NCBI GenBank assembly: GCA_023244855.1
Contig: JAHFLO010000002.1
Location: 8,017-72,016, forward strand
From: Candidatus Harrisonbacteria bacterium
GTDB taxonomy: Bacteria; Patescibacteriota; Minisyncoccia; UBA6257; UBA11618
Direction of reading: 5' to 3'
DNA length: 64,000 nt
Positions 62,699 to 64,000 of this stretch are shown in pieces. The position numbers were made by a program, and so were the translations under genes. Below the pieces are notes generated by a model. That model was not told the DNA's origin. It did no database searches and was given only the letters and a program-made list of their open reading frames with translations. Each line of letters opens with the position of its first letter. The first letter of the stretch is position 1.

Positions 62699-64000
62699 AT
62701 GAAATCGTTCTACCGTTTTACTATAAAAGCCCAAGAAGCCTTGCAGGCAGCACAAGATTTAGCCGCTCACCACAACCACGGCGAGTTTAAGGCTATTCAC
62801 CTATTATCCACCCTCCTTACGGACGAGCAATCCCTCGTGCGCCCCGTGCTTATGAAGGCGGGTGTGGAGCTCGAGTCGCTTAATGCCGAACTCGACCGTG
62901 CGCTTGCGAAGGTACCTAAGATTTTTTCCGCCGCGCCCGTTAACCAGCTTTATTTGTCGCCGGAGGTTATGCAGGTAATCGACCGCGCAGGTAAAATCGC
63001 CTTATCTCAGCGCGACGAGTTTATTTCGTGCGAGCACCTGCTTTTAGGCCTTATGGATACCAAGTCCGGTGCGCAGGACTTACTCGACCAGTTTGGGGCG
63101 AAGCGCGAAACAATGCTTCGTTCGCTTGCTCAATTACGCGGCAGTGCGCGCGTGGTAGACGAAACGCCCGAAACCAAGTTTCAGGTGCTCGAGAAGTATG
63201 CCGTTAACCTCACGGAGCGCGCCCGCGACGGCAAGCTTGACCCCGTTATCGGCCGCGATGAAGAACTGCGCCGCTTAATGCAGGTGCTTTCGCGCCGCAC
63301 GAAGAATAATCCGGTACTCATCGGCGAGCCGGGTGTTGGCAAGACTGCTATCATCGAAGGGCTTGCTCAGCGTATAGTAAGCGGCGATGTACCCGAGCCG
63401 TTAAAAGGCAAAGAAATCATCATGCTCGATTTAGGTTCTTTAATAGCCGGTACGAAGTTCCGTGGTGAATTTGAAGACCGCTTAAAGACATTCGTTAAGG
63501 AGATTCAGAACTCCGCCGGCCGCTTAATATTATTCATAGACGAAATACACATGATCGTGGGCGCCGGGTCCGCCGAAGGCGCTATAGACGCGTCGAATCT
63601 CTTAAAACCTGCCCTCGCGCGCGGGGAATTGCACGCCATCGGCGCGACAACACTCCGCGAATACCAGAAGCATATCGAAAAGGATGCCGCTCTCGAGCGC
63701 CGTTTCCAGCCCATTGTTGTTGAAGAGCCTAGCCAAGAAAACGCCATGGCGATTTTGCGCGGATTAAAGGAAAAATATGAACTGCACCATGGACTCCGCA
63801 TTAGCGAAGAGGCGATAGTTGCGGCCGTGCAGCTTTCCGCGCGTTATATTCCCGACCGCTTCTTGCCTGACAAGGCGGTGGACTTAATAGACGAGGCGGC
63901 AGCAGCGCGCAGGCTTGAAACTGAAAGCATGCCGAAGGATATTGACGACGCCCGTCGCGAAATAACTCGTTTGGAAATCGAACGGCAGGCGCTCCTTAGT
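62699..64000 (+). CDS. clpB: ATP-dependent chaperone ClpB (3' end beyond window)
   Basis: Clp N-domain repeats, NBD1 Walker [10 protein letters not shown], Walker [15 protein letters not shown], start of the coiled-coil M domain. TTGTCG-17-TATAAT promoter with -10 ending 7 nt before the ATG. Not in the ORF track because no stop occurs in the window. Confidence 0.85.
   Translation, partial: MKSFYRFTIKAQEALQAAQDLAAHHNHGEFKAIHLLSTLLTDEQSLVRPVLMKAGVELESLNAELDRALAKVPKIFSAAPVNQLYLSPEVMQVIDRAGKIALSQRDEFISCEHLLLGLMDTKSGAQDLLDQFGAKRETMLRSLAQLRGSARVVDETPETKFQVLEKYAVNLTERARDGKLDPVIGRDEELRRLMQVLSRRTKNNPVLIGEPGVGKTAIIEGLAQRIVSGDVPEPLKGKEIIMLDLGSLIAGTKFRGEFEDRLKTFVKEIQNSAGRLILFIDEIHMIVGAGSAEGAIDASNLLKPALARGELHAIGATTLREYQKHIEKDAALERRFQPIVVEEPSQENAMAILRGLKEKYELHHGLRISEEAIVAAVQLSARYIPDRFLPDKAVDLIDEAAAARRLETESMPKDIDDARREITRLEIERQALLS

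Noticed and set aside
1-64000. CRISPR arrays, transposases, integrases, restriction-modification or toxin-antitoxin genes
   Set aside because: No regularly spaced direct repeats and no recognisable IS/integrase/RM/TA protein motifs were seen in any frame. The only repeats are the two palindromic elements and the inverted-repeat element reported above.

Overview
This window is a densely packed, mostly housekeeping stretch of a small bacterial chromosome (roughly 55% GC by eye) that spans the replication origin. Its gene order is rpmH-rnpA-yidC-jag on the minus strand, then dnaA, a DnaA-box/AT-rich oriC, and dnaN. The short or overlapping genes, the stripped-down proteins, tRNAs without encoded CCA, and the presence of type-IV-secretion/pilus genes suggest a Patescibacteria (CPR)-like or similarly reduced organism, but that is inference only.

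Recognisable content:
- Replication and repair: dnaA, dnaN, holA-like, ruvA, ruvB, ruvC, recA, ftsK, PolX, an EndoQ-like PHP nuclease, a 5'-3' exonuclease, a DEDD exonuclease and HU.
- RNA metabolism: RNase J, RNase Y, a second beta-CASP nuclease, rnpA, tmRNA with SmpB, and seven tRNAs (Arg-CCG, Leu-CAG, Pro-UGG, Arg-UCU, Phe-GAA, His-GUG with an encoded G-1, plus a degenerate tRNA-like remnant).
- Translation: rpmH, rpsT, rplT, rpmI, infC, ileS, trpS and tsaE.
- Envelope: PBP1A, a Mur-ligase-family protein, yidC, secG, DedA, a CDF transporter and an OppA-like substrate-binding protein.
- Metabolism and proteostasis: glyA, folD, gpmI, iscS, clpB (3' partial) and a standalone Clp N-domain protein.
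- Regulation: an ECF sigma/anti-sigma pair and an orphan histidine kinase.

The most system-like feature is a co-directional, translationally coupled operon at 886-6388. It encodes a PrgI/VirB3-like protein, a VirB4-family ATPase split into two ORFs, small membrane and secreted proteins and a VirB2-like pilin-domain protein. This looks like a minimal type-IV-secretion-like or DNA-transfer apparatus, with no relaxase or coupling protein in the window. It sits immediately beside the origin-proximal core genes, and an orphan PilB/GspE ATPase lies 8 kb away.

Other observations worth a second look:
- The tmRNA 5' end overlaps the 3' end of smpB by about 41 nt.
- A 40-nt palindromic repeat occurs twice with compensatory substitutions.
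- A roughly 170-nt element between the pilB-like ATPase and ruvB is flanked by perfect 18-bp inverted repeats.
- An EndoQ-like/PolX/Nudix module.
- A Mur ligase lacking the N-terminal domain, beside a beta-CASP nuclease and a LOG-like protein.
- A trypsin-like protease homolog that appears to lack its catalytic His and Ser.
- Several genes look leaderless, with a TATAAT-like -10 element 6-7 nt upstream of the ATG (dnaA, clpB, the exonuclease).

No CRISPR array, transposase or integrase is recognisable.
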